DNA of 64,000 nucleotides, taken from assembly GCA_000004695.1 (NCBI GenBank), contig CM000153.2, positions 4,128,001 through 4,192,000 on the forward strand, written 5' to 3'. The notes beneath the pieces are model-generated. The model was not told the origin of the DNA. It was given only the letters and a program-made list of their open reading frames with translations, and did not search any database. This stretch comes from Dictyostelium discoideum. Lineage: Eukaryota. Made by a program: the position numbers and the translations under genes. This document shows positions 36,497 through 47,430 of this stretch, one piece after another (the stretch's first letter is position 1; each line of letters opens with the position of its first letter).

Positions 36497-38135
36497 ATGA
36501 ATAAAATTATTACATTTTTATTTGTAATATTAGTTTTAAATGTATCATTAATCAATTGTCAATATGGTACACCAACTTTTAAAATTGATAATTCACCAAC
36601 TCTCCAATTAGTTAAACAATAGTAAGTAAATATATATTTTTTTTTTTTTTTTAACACATTTAAAATATTAATATTTTTAATTTTTTTTAATTTTTTTCTT
36701 TAGTAATCAAAGTCAAATTTATTCTTTATCATCAAGTGGATATGAAAAACCAATTATTATTGCAAATTTAACAGGTACTCATTATGAAATGGGATTTGCA
36801 GCAGGTTATTTAATGGCACAAGAAGCTTATGAAAATTATAATGTTATGGTTGGAGCAGTTTTACCAAAAACTTGGGAAAAGGATGCATTTGAGAAATTCC
36901 TTGATTGGCAATGGAATGATTATTTAAGTAAACAAATTACTCAAAATTATTTAGATGAAATCCAAGGTTACTCCGATGGTGCAATAGCAAGTGGTTTCAC
37001 TCAATTAGGTAAAACCATTGAACGTGGTGTTGTCATTAGTAGTTTTCCAGGTGACCCAACCGAAAATATTGAATATTTATTAAGAAATGAATTATTAGGT
37101 GGTTTCTCTGACTATTTAATTAGAATCGATAGATTGGATGTTTTATCAAAAATTAAAGAAATCATTTCCAATCAAGAAGAGGAAGATACTACTAGATCTT
37201 CAAAAGGATTACAATGCTCACATTTCTCAACTTGGGGTGATAAAACTTTTAATGGTGATATGTTTAATGGTAGAAATTTAGATTGGTTAAATGGATCAGG
37301 TATTAGTAATAATAAATTGATTACATTCTATAATCCAGTTGGTCAATATTCACATGCCGCTATTGGATTTGCAGGTTTAATTGGTGCAATCGTTGGTATT
37401 AGTTCCAAGGGTATTTTCGTAGCTGAATCTGATAATGACTCTGTAAAGGTTACTTTTGATGGTTTTGCATGGTCAATGAGATTACGTTACATCATGGAGA
37501 ATGCAGCCAACATCGAGGAGGCAGTATCACTATGGGAGTCCACTAACAATACAATGGGCATGTGCCACAGTCTTGCAAGTGCAACTGAGGCATCAACCGC
37601 TGAGCATCCAGCATTCGCTTTGGAAACTATGAAGGGATACACCGCATTCTTCTCTGACAACGATCCAAACGAACATTACATTTACACTGATCCAAAGACC
37701 GGTGAACAAACTCAAATGGGTTACCCATTAGACAACGCAGTCTATCGTACAAATCATGGTTATGATGAAACTATTCGTCAAAATGAATGGGAGCCAGCCA
37801 TCCCAAATGGCGATTCATGGACTCGTTACATGCTCTTCTATAACACCTTTTCTTATTACACCGCATCCAACACCACAATCTCTGAACTCCAAGCCATCAA
37901 CATCACCTCTATCCTTGGTAACAAACATAGCATCCAAGATATCTACTCTTCACCAGCTCCATTCTACGATTGTACTAACGCTTGGATGGGTTACAACATC
38001 ATCTCTTCAACTTTCCATTTTGCATCAAATAAAATGTTTGTAGCTTTTGAAGAAGGTTTTGGTCAACAAAGAATTTGTGCTGCTTGTGGTACTTATGTTG
38101 AAGTTGATTTAACACCATTTTTTGGTCCATTTTAA
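36497..38135 (+). CDS. Secreted N-terminal-nucleophile (Ntn) hydrolase-like protein (~518 aa), possibly peptidase C45 / acyl-CoA:6-APA acyltransferase-like or phospholipase-B-like. join(36497..36621,36704..38135).
   Basis: Seen: the signal peptide 'MNKIITFLFVILVLNVSLINCQ'. The exon 1 donor is GTAAGT at 36622 (phase 2), and the acceptor AG lies at 36702-03. The long exon 2 contains 'SSKGLQ|CSHFSTWGDKTFNGDMFNGRNLDW', a candidate autoprocessing site that would expose a Cys nucleophile, and ends '...AACGTYVEVDLTPFFGPF*'. The family call is inference from the general pattern, so confidence is low on the subfamily. Confidence 0.55.
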
Positions 38136-38228
38136 AAAATAGAAAAAAAATAAAAAATAAAAAAATTAAAAAATAAACACATATAAATTTATACATATAT
38201 ATATACACATTAAAAATTTATTTTATTT

Positions 38229-39686
38229 TTATTTTTTAAAATGTTCATTTAAAAATTGATCATAATCTATATTTTCACCATCATCATCATCATCAAGATC
38301 AATATCATCAATATTATAAGATTTATTATTATTATTTTGTTGATGATATTGATTTTTTAATTGATCTTGATCAATAATATCTTTATTTTCTAATTTCTTT
38401 TGTTTTAATAAATCAATTTTTTCTTTCTTTTCTAATGCTTCTTTTAATTGATATTTATAAGAATCTAATAGACTATTATTAATTTCTTCTTCTTCTTCTT
38501 CCTTTTCATTATCAATTTTATCTTCAAGATCAAATTTAGTTAAATTTTGAATTTCAATTTCTTGTTTTTCAAAATTTTCTTTTAATTCTTGTTTTTCTTT
38601 TTCTCTTTGTTCTTTTTTTAGTTTTTTTTCTTCAAGAATTAATTCTTGTTTTTTCTTTTCTTTTTCAATTCTTGTATTAATTTTATTTACTCTTTCTTTA
38701 AGTTTTTCTTCTTTTCTTTTAGTTTTACCATCATTTTCAAATTCTAAATGATCAATTGCAATTTTATTTGGAAATTCTATATAACGATTAGTGATTTTAA
38801 CAAATTGTTCAATTTGTAAATTTTGAGTTCTAATTTTTGGATCGATATCATCACCCAATAATGATTCAGCATCTTTACCAAGTGTTTTAATTGTATTTGA
38901 TAGTTTTTTACGTCTTTGAGAGAATAATTCTCTACATACAAATTCGAAATAATGATGATCTTTAACTGGTTCATCACCCAATGGTGAAATTCTTGGTTCA
39001 ATTGCAACCACTGATGCATCAACTTTTGGTGGTGGTACAAATGCGGTACCTGGTATTGAATATACTATAGAGGGTTGACACATTTGTTGTACCATAACTG
39101 ATAGACGTGAATATTCTTCTGAGCCTACTTGTGCACAGATTCTATCAGATAACTCCTTTTGAAACATTAAATACATTGGTACTCTACCAAATTCATATAG
39201 TCCTTGACGTGGAGCAATTTGACGAATCCATTTCAACATTAAATGTGTACCAACGTTGAATGGAAGATTACCAATGATTTTCACTTTGGATTTGTCTTTC
39301 CAATTTGTGGTTTCTGCACCTGCATCTCTTAATAGTTTAGCTTCATCAACATCCATCATGTTGGCCATAATTAATGACATTCTACCTCCACTTGATTCTT
39401 CTAACATTTTCAATGCTGGATAAAATCTTGGATCCATCTCTACTGCTATTACTTTTTTCGCTCCACTTGTTAATAAACTTCTTGTTAATCCACCTGGTCC
39501 TGCACCAACTTCTATAACTGTACAATCATCAAATCCACCTGATTTCTTACAAATTTTATCCGTTATATTTTTATCAATTAAAAAGTTTTGTGATAATTGT
39601 TGTTTTGCACTTAATCCAAAAATTCTAATAATTTCTTGAATTTTTGGCATTGGTGGTAATGATGTTGTTAAATTTTTAATTGTCAT
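38229..39686 (-). CDS. tfb1m: Mitochondrial rRNA adenine N6-dimethyltransferase / transcription factor B1 (KsgA-Dim1 family) with a long Glu/Lys coiled-coil C-terminal extension (485 aa, single exon).
   Basis: Seen: 'LPPMPKIQEIIRIFGLSAKQQLSQNFLIDKNITDKICKK...VIEVGAGPGGLTRSLL...IIGNLPFNVGTHLMLKW...FVPPPKVDASVV'. Established knowledge: the SAM-binding 'EVGxGxGxLT' and the 'NLPF/Y' motifs identify the KsgA/Dim1 fold, and the N-terminal block matches the human TFB1M motif 'AAKQLSQNFLLDLRLTDKIV' in the TFB1M branch. Confidence 0.85.
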   Translation of the reverse strand: MTIKNLTTSLPPMPKIQEIIRIFGLSAKQQLSQNFLIDKNITDKICKKSGGFDDCTVIEVGAGPGGLTRSLLTSGAKKVIAVEMDPRFYPALKMLEESSGGRMSLIMANMMDVDEAKLLRDAGAETTNWKDKSKVKIIGNLPFNVGTHLMLKWIRQIAPRQGLYEFGRVPMYLMFQKELSDRICAQVGSEEYSRLSVMVQQMCQPSIVYSIPGTAFVPPPKVDASVVAIEPRISPLGDEPVKDHHYFEFVCRELFSQRRKKLSNTIKTLGKDAESLLGDDIDPKIRTQNLQIEQFVKITNRYIEFPNKIAIDHLEFENDGKTKRKEEKLKERVNKINTRIEKEKKKQELILEEKKLKKEQREKEKQELKENFEKQEIEIQNLTKFDLEDKIDNEKEEEEEEINNSLLDSYKYQLKEALEKKEKIDLLKQKKLENKDIIDQDQLKNQYHQQNNNNKSYNIDDIDLDDDDDGENIDYDQFLNEHFKK

Positions 39687-39774
39687 TTTTTTTTTTTTTT
39701 TTTTTTTAAAAATAATAATATATTAATCTATATACAAATGTTTGTTAAAAAAAAAAAAAAAAAAAAATATATTA

Positions 39775-39786
39775 ATCACTATTGGA

Positions 39787-39834
<48 letters not shown>

Positions 39835-39935
39835 AAACGATTGTTGGTTCGTTTTTTAATTTTTTCATTTTTTATTTTTTATTTTTTTAATTTTTTTTTT
39901 TTTTTTTTATAATAACTTGTCCAATGGTGATTATT
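39775..39935. promoter_or_regulatory. 19-bp inverted repeat pair carrying a CCAAT-box-like core, upstream of the 2OG-oxygenase array.
   Basis: Seen: 'atcactattggacaagttat' at 39775-39794 and its reverse complement 'ataacttgtccaatggtgat' at 39913-39932, separated by ~120 bp of poly(A/T). The same 'CTTGTCCAAT(A/G)G(C/T)GATTATTTTT' element recurs at 41545-41570 and, degenerated to 'CTTGCTCAATAGTGATTATTTTT', at 43393-43416. Each copy sits ~270-300 bp 5' of an oxygenase gene copy. Confidence 0.5.
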
Positions 39936-40228
39936 TTTTTTTTTTTTTTTTCAGGTATTTAAAAAACAAGTTTCCTGTTAACTTTAAAAGAAAATAGTGA
40001 ATATTAATATTTATACAAATGTAAAATTCAAAATAAATTATTGTTTCTATTTTTATTTTAAATAAATAATTATTTTTATTTTTTATTTTTTTGTGTTAAA
40101 TAATTATTATTTTTTAATTTTTTGTGTTAAAAAAAATAATTAATTATTTGATTATTTAATTTTTTTATTTTTTTTTTTATTCACATATATAAATAATAAT
40201 AATAAAAAAAAAAAAAAAAAAAAAAAAA

Positions 40229-41290
40229 AGATATTACCAACAATAACAACAACAAATGAAATTGAAAGTATACCATGTATTGATTTTTCAATATTAAAAA
40301 ATAATGGTAATGATAATAAAAATGCTTAAGAATTTATTTCAAAAGAAATTAAAAAAGCTTTTATAGAATATGGCTTCTTTTATATTTTAAATCACAGTAT
40401 TGAACAATCTTTAATTGATAGATTAATGGAATTATCAAAAAAGTTTTTTTCATTACCATTAGATGTTAAAATGAAATATAAAATTAATATTGGTGAAAGT
40501 GAATCTAATTTAGGTTATTTTTCACTTGGTCAACATGGAACAGATTATAAAGAGGGTACCTTTTTTAAATTTAGAGACTAATAATAATAATAAAAAAAAT
40601 AATAATACATCAAAAAGAATATCAGAATTATATCCAACAAAAGAAGAAGAAGAGCTATATGATATTGTAGGATTTAAAGATACTTGTGAAACTTTTATGA
40701 AATGTTTAAATCGATTTAGTATTGAGTTGATGGGATTGATCACAATAAATTTAAATTTACCAGAAGATTATTTTAATGATTTATATTTAAATCATCCACA
40801 TTTTAATTTAGGTTTATTAAAATATATGTCATTTGATGATGATGGTAATGGTAATGGTAAAATTACTAAATTTGGTAATGAACCTCATTGTGATTGGGGT
40901 TTATTTACATTACTTTATCAAGATGATGTTGGTGGTTTACAAGCTTTATCAAAATCAACTGGTCATTGGATAAATGTCAAACCAATTAGTGGTTCACTCA
41001 TTTTCAATATTGGTAATGTGATGGAAATCATTACAAGAGGTTATTACATTTCAATGTTTCATCAAGTAATTTATAATACATCTGGTAGAGATCGTTATTC
41101 ATTCCCATTCTTTTTTAATCCTCAACTTGGTAAACCAATAGTTCCAATAAATAATTTAGAAACAACAACGACAACAACAATAACAAAAATTGGAAATTAT
41201 ATAAAAGATCCAAATATATTAAATTTCAAAGGAACTTATAATGATTATCATAACATTGAAATGAATAAATTGTTTAAAAAACAAAATTAA
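40229..41290 (+). pseudogene. 2OG-Fe(II) oxygenase gene copy A, pseudogene.
   Basis: Seen: it is colinear with intact copy B, but ATG is replaced ('aaaaagatatt' versus 'aaaaATGatat'). There is an in-frame TAA ('NDNKNA*', 'gcttaagaattt' versus B 'ggtaaagaaatt'). A +1 frameshift and stop occur at 'ggtaccttttttaaatttagagactaataa' versus B 'ggtacctttttagatttagagactaat'. The 3' two-thirds (ORF 40526..41290) remains open and retains HxD...H ('HCDWGLFTLL','FHQV'). Confidence 0.75.
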
Positions 41291-41820
41291 TAAAAAAAAA
41301 AAAAAAAAGTTAACTAACAATTAATTGCCATTTTTGGTGTTTTGTTTTTTTTTTTTTTTTTTTTTTTTGAAAAACTTAAAATTTAACATTTTAAAAAAAA
41401 TTAGAAAAAAGGGGTAAAGATTTCTTATTTTATAAAAGAAATTGCGACTGTAAACAAAAAATTACTTAATATCTGAAAAAATTTATCTGACCAACCTTTT
41501 TAAAAAATTTTTTTTAAACAGCGATTTTTTTTTTTTTTTAAAACATCTTGTCCAATAGCGATTATTTTTGATATTTAAAAAACAAATTTCGTTAATATTA
41601 ATTTTAAAAGGAAATATTAAATATTAATTTTAAATATTTAATACAAATGTAAAACTAATATATAAATTCTAATTTATTGTTTTTAATTTTTTAATTTTTT
41701 GTTTATTAAATAATTATTAATTTTTTTATTTCCATTCACACAAACAATAATTTTTCATTTTTTTAATTGTGTTAATTGAATACTCTTGTGTGGAAAAAAA
41801 AAAAAAAAAAAAAAAAAAAA

Positions 41821-42846
41821 ATGATATCACCACCAACAACAACAAATGAAATAGAAAGTATACCATGTATTGATTTTTCAATATTAAAAAATAATGCCAA
41901 TGATAATATAAATGGTAAAGAAATTATTTCAAAAGAAATTAAAAAAGCTTGTATAGAATATGGCTTCTTTTATATTTTAAATCACAGTATTGAACAATCT
42001 TTAATTGATAGATTAATGGAATTATCAAAAAAGTTTTTTTCATTACCATTAGATGTTAAAATGAAATATAAAATTAATATTGGTGAAAGTGAATCTAATT
42101 TAGGTTATTTTTCAATTGACCGACATTATACAGATTATAAAGAGGGTACCTTTTTAGATTTAGAGACTAATATTAATAATGCATCAAATGGAATATCAGA
42201 ATTATATCCAACAAAAGAAGAAGAAGAGCTATATGATATTGTAGGATTTAAAGATACTTGTGAAACTTTTATGAAATGTTTAAAACAATTTAGTATTGAG
42301 TTGATGGGATTGATCGCAATAAGTTTAAATTTACCAGAAGATTATTTTAATGATTTGTATTTACAAAATCCAAATTTTATTTTAGGTTTATTAAAATATA
42401 TGTCATTCGATGATGACGGTAGTGATGATAAAACCACCAAATTTGGTAATGAATCTCATTGTGATTGGAGTTTATTTACATTACTTTATCAAGATGATGT
42501 TGGTGGTTTACAAGCTTTATCAAAATCAACTGGTAATTGGATAAATGTCAAACCAATTAGTGGTTCATTCATTTTCAATATTGGAGATATGTTGGAAATC
42601 ATTACAAAAGGTTATTATACTTCAATGTTTCATCAAGTAATTTATAATACATCTGGTAGAGATCGTTATTCATTCCCATTCTTTTTTAATCCTCAACTTG
42701 ATAAACAACTAATTCCGATAAACAATTTAGAAACAACAACAACATCCAAAATTGGAAATTTTGTAAAGGATCCAAATATATTAAATTTCAAAGGAACTTA
42801 TAATGATTATCATATTATTCAAATGGAAAAATCATTTAATAAATAA
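41821..42846 (+). CDS. 2-oxoglutarate/Fe(II)-dependent dioxygenase (flavonol-synthase/IPNS-like), intact copy B, 341 aa, single exon.
   Basis: Seen: ATG at 41821 (the ORF track starts earlier at an alternative codon inside poly-A). Established knowledge: the 2OG-FeII_Oxy facial triad and 2OG-binding residues are present: 'HCDWSLFTLL' (H-x-D), 'FHQVIYN' (second H) and 'RDRYSFPFF' (R-x-S). The N-terminal DIOX_N-like block is 'IPCIDFSIL...EIKKACIEYGFFYILNHSI'. Confidence 0.85.
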   Translation: MISPPTTTNEIESIPCIDFSILKNNANDNINGKEIISKEIKKACIEYGFFYILNHSIEQSLIDRLMELSKKFFSLPLDVKMKYKINIGESESNLGYFSIDRHYTDYKEGTFLDLETNINNASNGISELYPTKEEEELYDIVGFKDTCETFMKCLKQFSIELMGLIAISLNLPEDYFNDLYLQNPNFILGLLKYMSFDDDGSDDKTTKFGNESHCDWSLFTLLYQDDVGGLQALSKSTGNWINVKPISGSFIFNIGDMLEIITKGYYTSMFHQVIYNTSGRDRYSFPFFFNPQLDKQLIPINNLETTTTSKIGNFVKDPNILNFKGTYNDYHIIQMEKSFNK

Positions 42847-43133
42847 AATTAATTTTTTTTTTTTTTTAAATTTCAAACAATTATAAAGGAGAAAAGATAG
42901 CTTTTTTTATAAAATTAAAATTGAGAGTGATCTATCGCATTTTTATTTTAAAAAAAGTATTTTCACTTAAAAAAACGAATTTATTTATTTAAATGAAAAT
43001 AATTTCAAATAAAATGAAATTATGAAAAAAAAAAATAAAAAAAATAAAATAAAATAAAGTTATTAAATTTTTTATAAAATAAAAGAACATTAAAAAATTA
43101 AATTATAAGAAAATAGTTAATTTTATTGATTAG

Positions 43134-43200
43134 ATTTCAAAGGAACTTATAATGATTATTATAACATTGAAATGAACTAATTATTTAAAAAACAAAATTA
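43134..43200 (+). pseudogene. Isolated 3' fragment of an oxygenase copy (A-like terminus).
   Basis: Seen: 'atttcaaaggaacttataatgattattataacattgaaatgaactaattatttaaaaaacaaaattaag' matches the last ~70 nt of copy A. It is followed by the same 3'-flank block ('ttaattgccatttttggtgtt...gaaaaacttaaaatttaacatttt') that follows copy A at 41315-41400. Confidence 0.6.
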
Positions 43201-43262
43201 AGAAAAAAAATCAAAAAAAAAAAGTTATCAAACAAACCATTAATTGCCATTTTTGGTGTTAT

Positions 43263-43297
<35 letters not shown>

Positions 43298-43540
43298 AAA
43301 AACTTAAAATTTAACATTTTCAAAAACAATTGGAAAAAAGGGGTAAAGATTCCTTTCTTTATTAAAAAAATTATTTTATCCGACCTTAAAAACATCTTGC
43401 TCAATAGTGATTATTTTTAGGATATCTAAAAACCAAGTTCATTAATATTAATTTTAAAAGAAAATAGTATAAATAAATGTAAAATTAATATGTAAATTCT
43501 AATTTATTTTATTTAATTTTTATTTTTTAATTTTTTGTGT

Positions 43541-44350
43541 TAAATCATAGTATTGAACAATCTTTAATTGATAGATTAATGGAATTATAAAGAGGGTACT
43601 TTTTTTAGATTTAGAGACTAATTATAATAAAAAATCAAATGGAATATCAGAATTATATCCAACAAAAGAAGAAGAAGAGCTATATGATATTGTAGGATTT
43701 AAAGATACTTGTGAAACTTTTATGAAATGTTTAAAACAATTAAGTATTGAATTGATGGGATTTATTGCAATAAGTTTAAATTTACCAGAAGATTATTTTA
43801 ATGATTTATGAATCATTTTTACAAATCCAAATTTTAATTTAGGTTTATTAAAATATATGTCATTTGATGATGATGATGATGATGATGATGATAAAATTAC
43901 TAAATTCGGTATTAACCTCATTGTGATTGGAGTTTATTTACATTACTTTATCAAGATGATGTTGGTGGTTTACAAGCTTTCTCAAAATCAACTGGTAATT
44001 GGATAAATGTCAAACCAATTTGTGGTTCATTCGTTTTCAATATTGGAGATATGTTGGAAATCATTACAAAAGGTTATTATACTTCAATGTTTCATCAAGT
44101 AATTTATAATACATCTGGTAGAGATCGTTATTCATTCCCATTCTTTTTTAATTCTCAATTCGATAAACCAATAATTTAGAAACAACAACAACAACATCAA
44201 CAACAAAAATTGGAAATTATGAAAAAGATCCAAATAATTCCTATAAATAATTTAGAAACAACACCAACAACCACAACAAAAATTGGAAATTATGAAAAAG
44301 ATCCAAATATATTAAATTTCAAAGGAACTTATAAATAATGATTATCATAT
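43541..44350 (+). pseudogene. 2OG-Fe(II) oxygenase copy C, degraded pseudogene.
   Basis: Seen: it begins mid-gene ('cacagtattgaacaatctttaattgatagattaatggaattat'). There is an internal deletion straight into 'aagagggtac'. Multiple frameshifts or stops occur at 'gatttatgaatcattttt', a (GAT)8 expansion and 'ggtattaacctcattgtg'. The terminal 'aataatttagaaacaaca..aaaattggaaattatgaaaaagatccaaata' segment is duplicated. Confidence 0.7.
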
Positions 44351-44639
44351 TATTCAAATGAAAAAATCATTTAAATAAAATTAAGTTTTTTTTTTTTCTA
44401 AACAATCTAAAATTATCCAAGATTTTTTTTTTTTCTTCTCAGGCAATCTAGATACCATTTTCGTGTTTTTTTTTTTTTTTTTGAAACTTAAATTTCAACA
44501 CTGTCAAAAACAATTAGAAATGAGAAAAGATTGCTTTTTTTTATAATTAAAATTGATCGCTTTTTTATTTTAAAAAATGTATTTTCACTTAAAAAAAAGA
44601 ATTTATTTATTTAATAATTTCAAATAAAGTAAAATTATG

Positions 44640-44707
<68 letters not shown>

Positions 44708-44906
44708 AAAAAATAAAATAAAATAAAATAAAATAAAATAAAAAAAATAAAATAAAAATATAATTAAAATAAAAGAACAATAAAAAATTAAATCATAAAG
44801 AGTAAATAGTAAATTTTATTGACTAAATTCTTAAAATTTAAAGAAAAATATTAATTTTATTTATTTATTTATTTATTTATTTTTTTTTTTTTTTTCTTTT
44901 TTCTTA

Positions 44907-44959
<53 letters not shown>

Positions 44960-45357
44960 CACCCAAACATCATATTATAATCGGATTTTTTTTTTCCCAA
45001 CCAACAAAAGTTTTCTATACAAATTTTCTTCACGGGGCATTTTTTTCTTGAGAATTGAGGAAATTGCGCCATCATTCATTTTCTAAGTAAAAATTAATTT
45101 TTTACAGAAAATTTTTTTTTTCTTTTTAAAACACACACTCCCCAAACCTTTTTTTTTTTTTAATTTTTTTAATTTTTTTCTTCTTGCAAACATAGCAATA
45201 TTTATAAACAATAATAAAATTTTTAGATAACATAAAAAATAATATTTTATATAAATCCTTATTTATTAATTAACTCAAAAATAATATTTGTAAATAATTT
45301 TTTTTTTATTCTAAAACACAAATTTTAAAAAAAAAAAAAAAAAAATAAATATTTAAA

Positions 45358-46823
45358 ATGTCTCATCACCATCATCATCATCACCGTAGAAGTAGTAGTG
45401 TTTCATCACCATCATCACATAACAACTATTACAGTGGGCATCAACAACAAACACAACCACAACAATATAATAATTATTCACTTGACCAAAATTATGATCA
45501 AATGAAAAATGAATATAATAATTTATCAGAACTTGTACATAACATATATAATTCATTAAATTCATATTGTAATTCAATAAAAGGTAAACATATCTAATAT
45601 CTATTATATATATATATTTATAAATATTAAATAATAAACTAATTTAATTTATTTATTATTATTATTATATAAATAGATATTTATTTAAATTCAAATAGTT
45701 TTATGAATAATGTTTCAAAATTATTTGGTAATGAACATCCATTATCAAAATATGGTAATGGTGTTTTAATGATGGCAGATGAAAGTTTTAAAGATTGGAT
45801 GGATAATCAATCACCAAACTTTCAAATGTTGGGTGACTATTGTTATGATTTAAATATTGTAAAATCTAAAATCGATAAAGTCGATCAACTATCATTAGAG
45901 TTATCCCATCAAAATTTAGATGAATACATTCAATTAAAGGATGAAGTTTTTAGAGATGTTTCAAATCAATTTCAAGCAAGAGTAACAAGATTCGATATAC
46001 CTTTAATCAATACTCAATTCTCTCTCCCAAGTTTATATCAATGTTTAAATTCAATACATGAAACAAATGGTACTGAACAATTACAACAATCAATTGAAAT
46101 TGCTAATCCTGTAATCTCTTTATCACCTGATAATACAATTGCAATTAATACTGTAAATGATAATAATAATAATGATAATAATAGTAATAATAGTACACCT
46201 GAAATTATGACACGTGTTGGTATACCACCACAATCACAAGCACAACAACCACAAGCACAACAACAACCACCACAACAACAACAAAGAGTTAATACAGCAT
46301 CAACATTTTCAAGTCCAACAATGTTTTTATCTAAACCTGTAAAAACAGAGGTTACATATGCTGCACCACCAAAAACTTTACAAAAATTACCTGGTTCAAG
46401 AGAGTATACTAGACAATCTGTACCAACACCACAACAACAATCACCTTTAAAACCTATAGCTAGACCAAATTCTTTACCAAATAATAATAATATCAACACT
46501 ACAGCAACACAACCACCATTAAGACCAACACCAGTACCAACACCAGCACCAGTTGTTGAGCAACCAACACCAAGTGCACCACCACCTCAAAATCAACCAC
46601 CAATTATAATGGGTAGACAAGTTTTACCTCATAATCCAAATAGTAGTAATAATAATAATTCAATGGATAGTGGTAGTGGAGTTATTTCACAACCACTAAG
46701 ACCAGTACCCCATAAAAGTATTCAAAAAGGCTTCGTAGCTAGTAATGTTAATAAACCTCCTTTATCACCTTCTACTTCAACTCCAAATTTACAACAATAT
46801 CAACCACCACAACAATCACAATC

Positions 46824-46869
<46 letters not shown>

Positions 46870-47148
46870 CCTTTATCACTATCAAATTCAACTCCAAATT
46901 TATATCAAACACAACAACAACAACAACAACAACAATCACCTCTACCTCCAAAACCAAGACCATCTGTACAATTATCATCATCAACATCTACTTCACAACC
47001 ATTAAGACCTCAACCACCAATTTCTCAACAACAAGAGCAACCACCATCTAGACCAAGATCATTATCACTATCTCAACAACAAACACCAACCCAATCATTT
47101 GCAAGACCTTTACCAACAGCATTAAACAATAACAATAATAATAATTAA
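45358..47148 (+). CDS. P/Q-rich protein family member 1 (565 aa). join(45358..45583,45677..47148).
   Basis: Seen: exon 1 'MSHHHHHHHRRSSS...YDQMKNEYNNLSELVHNIYNSLNSYCNSIK' ends at a GTAAAC donor (phase 1). The acceptor AG lies at 45675-76. Exon 2 is 'DIYLNSNSFMNNVSKLFGNEHPLSKYGNGVLMMADESFKDWMDNQSP...FDIPLINTQFSLPSLYQCLNS...', followed by a long Pro/Gln/Ser/Thr-rich tail with poly-Q runs. The two ORFs in the track (45358..45597 and 45703..47148) are its exons. Confidence 0.7.
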
Positions 47149-47430
47149 GGGAAAAAACACTTAATATTAATATAATATAAAATATACCCCCAAGTACGTT
47201 AAAATTTAAAATTATAATAAAATTAATTTTTTTTTTCATTATTTTTTTTTTATTTTTTTTTAATTTTATTTTATTTCTTTGTTGTGGTGTGTTTAAACCA
47301 AAAAAAGAATTTTCATTAAGAGTAATTAAAATTAAAAAGTCTAAAATTTAAAAGGTTTTTCTTTTTTTTTTTCTTTGAGACTATTTACTTTTTAACAATA
47401 AATTTTTTTTTTTTATTTTTAGTCCAAACA

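Noticed and set aside
37756-38208. ORF 37756..38043 + and ORF 37999..38208 -.
   Set aside because: The first is an alternate frame within the Ntn-hydrolase exon. The second is antisense across its stop codon and 3'UTR, with no support.
38777-39040. Minus-strand ORF 38777..39040 inside the tfb1m locus.
   Set aside because: It is an alternate frame of the same strand within the 485-aa ORF.
44869-45075. Minus-strand ORF with a poly-K run.
   Set aside because: It is translation of a 60-nt poly(T/A) tract.
45353-45577. Minus-strand ORF 45353..45577.
   Set aside because: It is antisense to exon 1 of P/Q family member 1; the His codons CAT read as ATG/Met-rich antisense.
46038-47239. Antisense ORFs 46038..46499 -, 46772..46987 - and 47048..47239 -, plus alternate-frame ORF 46745..47005 +.
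   Set aside because: They are generated by the CAA/CCA-rich (poly-Q/P) coding repeats of member 1. Poly-V, L and C runs have no plausible protein signal.
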